In this document: piece after piece, positions 60,878 through 64,000 of the stretch
How the letters are laid out: each line of letters opens with the position of its first letter
Position numbering within the stretch: the first letter of the stretch is position 1
Assembly (NCBI RefSeq): GCF_964188315.1
Contig: NC_135667.1
Coordinates: 8,804,001 to 8,868,000, forward strand
Direction: 5' to 3'
Origin: Podarcis muralis
Lineage: Eukaryota
DNA: 64,000 nucleotides
Notes under the pieces: model-generated
Seen by the model: only the letters and a program-made list of their open reading frames with translations
Database searches by the model: none
What the model was told of the DNA's origin: nothing
Made by a program: the position numbers and the translations under genes

Positions 60878-62614
60878 GGTTTTGGTGTCCTCGGGTGTCT
60901 TCCCGTGTAAAAGTTGGGGTGTCTAGGCGACGTTTCGACGAGGTCTCACTCGTCATCTTCAGGCTGGTGCTTTCGGCTTCTTGTTACTGGAACAGAGCAG
61001 GATCTCAGTGTTTGAGTTCCTATAAATACTGTTGAGGAGGTGTGGTGTATAGCCTCCAATGTTCTGGGCCGAGAGGAAGTTCCCAGGCTAGTGTGCCTTT
61101 TCTTCTTTTGTTCCTTAATTGCTTGAGGGATATCTTGAGTGATTTCTTGAGTGATATCCTGAGTACCACTTAGGTGGGTCATTAGGTGTGGATTAGTTGC
61201 TAAAGCCTTTGTGTCTTGACCTCTTGAACTTTGTGAAGAGTTTTTCTGAGAAGATGGCTGTACTGCATTTAGTTGTGCTCTGGCTTGGCTTCGTGTATAG
61301 GGGCGAGCTGTGGTTTTGTGGCCTGTGTCAGCCAGATCTGTGTAGGGATTGCAGGGGGGTGCAGCATCCGGAGGTGCCACCATGGTTTGGCTACTGGATG
61401 GTGTCTGTAATTTATCTGTGGAGAGGGTCTGGGTTTGGGTCTGGTGTGGTTGATTGGTGATGGCGTTCTGTGTGCCTCTGGATCTGGTGTCAGTTTTTGT
61501 GGGGAGGGCTAATTTCCAGATGTCTGGCAAGCGGGATGTGTCGTCACGCTTGTTCATGTTGTGAGGGTGTTTCTCTATCTCGATGGCTTCCATGATTATT
61601 CTCTTGTGGTGATGTTCCATGTTAGAGAGCAATTTGGAATCTGCAAAATTAATTTCGTGTCCTGTTTCTTTCATGTGTTGGAAAAGAGAGGAAGTTTTTT
61701 CTTCTTTTTTGACGGCATTCTTGTGTTCTGCGATACGTGCATTTATTCGTCTGTTTGTTTGTCCAATGTACGTGGCTGGGCAGACTTTGCAGGGTATTTC
61801 ATAGACCCCTTGGTTTTCCAACTGGATTTTATCCTTGGGGTTTCTGAGGATATTGGCTATCTTTTGGTTGGCGCAAAAGGCTGTTTTGATATTGTGTTTA
61901 TGGAGGATTTTGCTAATTTTATCTGTAGTGCCCTTGATATAAGGAAGGAGGGCCATGCCATTGTTTTCTTCTGTGTCTTGGTTTTTGGGGGGTGTTTCTT
62001 TTTGGATTAGCTTCGTAACCCTGTTTTGCTGGTATCCATTGGCAATTAACACATTTGAGAGATTCTGTAACTCAGTTGTCAAGTGGTCTTTGTCAGCCAG
62101 GCGTTTGGTTCTGGAGATGAGAGTCTTGGCGATATATATATGCTTTCGTAGATTTTCACGGGTATAGGAATGCAGGTTTTGGTGTCCTCGGGTGTCTTCC
62201 CGTGTAAAAGTTGGGGTGTCTAGGCGACGTTTCGACGAGGTCTCACTCGTCATCTTCAGGCTGGTGCTTTCGGCTTCTTGTTACTGGAACAGAGCAGGGT
62301 CTCAGTGTTTGAGTTCCTATAAATACTGTTGAGGTGTGGTGTATAGCCTCCAATGTTCTGGGCCGAGAGGAAGTTCCCAGGCTAGTGTGCCTTTTCTTCT
62401 TTTGTTCCTTAATTGTTTGAGGGATATCTTGAGTGATTTCTTGAGTGATATCCTGAGTACCACTTAGGATAGGAACTCAAACACTGAGACCCTGCTCTGT
62501 TCCAGTAACAAGAAGCCGAAAGCACCAGCCTGAAGATGACGAGTGAGACCTCGTCGAAACGTCGCCTAGACACCCCAACTTTTACACGGGAAGACACCCG
62601 AGGACACCAAAACC

Positions 62615-62651
<37 letters not shown>

Positions 62652-64000
62652 AGAGATTACACAACATGCCCCTCCAGTTCTTTCCCTTCCCTCAATCCTC
62701 TCTTGTTTATTTGTCACATTCAATTAGCTCCACCTCTCTCTCAATGACGTTTCATTTAACAACTCAGCTGGAGAAACTATCACATTGAATGGAGAAACAG
62801 AAATGGGAGGTGATTTTGACATCACTAACATAGTCATATTTCCCAACAATTCCTTCCAAAGAGTGAAAGTTGGAAGGGTCAGTCCTGGTGGTCTTGGAGA
62901 AAAAGAGTTCATCATTGATGAGGACATCATTGTGTGGCCCAGAGGTTTTAACCAGGTGTGGCTTCTGAGATATTCATTTGGATGTCATAAAGCTTATTTG
63001 CTGTCCACCATGGTATTTTAAAAGGCTGTATGAGAATCTTCCTAAAACTACTTCCAGGTGACATTGTTGAGCTCCAGCTTCCAACTTCCCCGACCTTTGG
63101 TCATGTTGTTTGGGACTAAGGGTGGATAAAAATTTGTTCAATTTTCATTTAAAACCAAAGTTAATGAATTTGAGTTATCCGGAAAAGTAATGTGTACAAA
63201 AATGCATACATTCAGAGCAATTGTTTAGCAAAAATGTGCATATTAGCCAAAAAATACACATAAAATCTGCATATTAGGAAAAAAATCTGCACTCAAACGG
63301 CTTTAAATTTTAATCTGTATAAACACCTTTCCTGCATTTATTTCAGGATAAATAGGGGCGTTATACATTTTCTACAGCATATAGCCCTAACACAACTGAA
63401 GTTTTTGTATGCTTTAAGATATTGGTTCTAGATTTTCTTATTTCTTTTTGTAAACTGATTTGAGGTGTGTTTTTAAACAATCAAGTGATGTATAAATCTT
63501 ATGAATAAATAAAATAAAAAACTAAATCAAATGTTGATTAATTTGCAATATGAGGGTTGGGTTGTTTTTTTATATATAATGCAAATTTAGAGACTGAAAT
63601 TAATACTGGAAAAAGTGCTAGAACTTGAAATTGAAATATTTGCCAATCACTATTTTAGACTATTTGAAGGTAGTTGGAATCCACCAACATCTAAGAAACA
63701 CCACATAGAGAATGACTGGCATAAAATTAAGTCAGTGCAACCAATAATTTTCATAATCTAGTTACAGTCTTTAAATGCAAAACATCTCTATACTCCTCCT
63801 CTCATCTTTAAAACAGTGTTCATTCAGTGCTAGTTGTTTGAAAATCAGCAAAATGAAGGGGGGGGGGACTTTTTTTGCTATCTTCTCCCATTGTAAATTC
63901 TGTTTATGGATAGGTCCTTCCTATTTCTTTGTGTAATGAACCCTGCCATCCTGGCAACCAGAAGAAAAGGAAGGAAGGAGAAAAATTTTGCTGCTATGAT
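58004..64000 (+). CDS. Vomeronasal type-2 receptor gene 6, exons 1-5 (continues beyond the window)
   Basis: Exons 58004-58215, 58658-58949, 59489-60352, 62728-62955, 63914-end; GT-AG, in frame. Confidence 0.9.
60874..62618 (-). mobile_element. 5'-truncated Penelope-like element (GIY-YIG endonuclease) with direct and inverted pseudo-LTRs, inside a (TA)n tract in intron 3 of gene 6
   Basis: ORF has GVYEIPC...YIGQT.R....RI.EH and E...I...N; pLTR copies 60874-61174, 62171-62468 and inverted 62469-62618; (TA)n on both sides. Confidence 0.9.
60926..60965 (-). ncRNA. Hammerhead ribozyme motif in Penelope pLTR (copies 62223-62262 minus, 62527-62566 plus)
   Basis: CUGAAGA-U-GACGAG(UGAGAC)CUCGUC-GAAA-CGUC/GCC; palindromic ACGU stem III, GUC cleavage triplet; stem I weak. 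Confidence 0.65.

Overview
Vertebrate genomic DNA, most likely a squamate (lacertid-like) lizard, inferred from Sauria-type SINEs, BovB tails and reptile-type V2R and VH sequences. The window is a tandem cluster of six-exon vomeronasal type-2 receptor (class C GPCR) genes, all on the + strand. Four are complete and apparently intact (555-6554, 15015-21013, 32799-43946, 46139-53338), one runs off the right edge (58004-64000+), and there are several relics. Interleaved on the - strand are three immunoglobulin heavy-chain-like V segments with leader exons, octamer promoters and RSSs. One has a perfect 23-RSS but an ACG start and a 3.7-kb L1 in its intron, one is a 23-RSS pseudogene, and one is intact but carries a 12-bp-spacer RSS and an extended germline CDR3 stub. 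That last segment and the V2R/V interdigitation are the most unusual features. The rest is rich in retroelements (L1, L2, CR1, RTE/BovB, Penelope-like with hammerhead ribozyme motifs, SINEs, solo LTRs) and MITEs. Exon boundaries were derived by hand from GT/AG sites and paralog alignment; repeat family names come from pattern recognition, not database searches.
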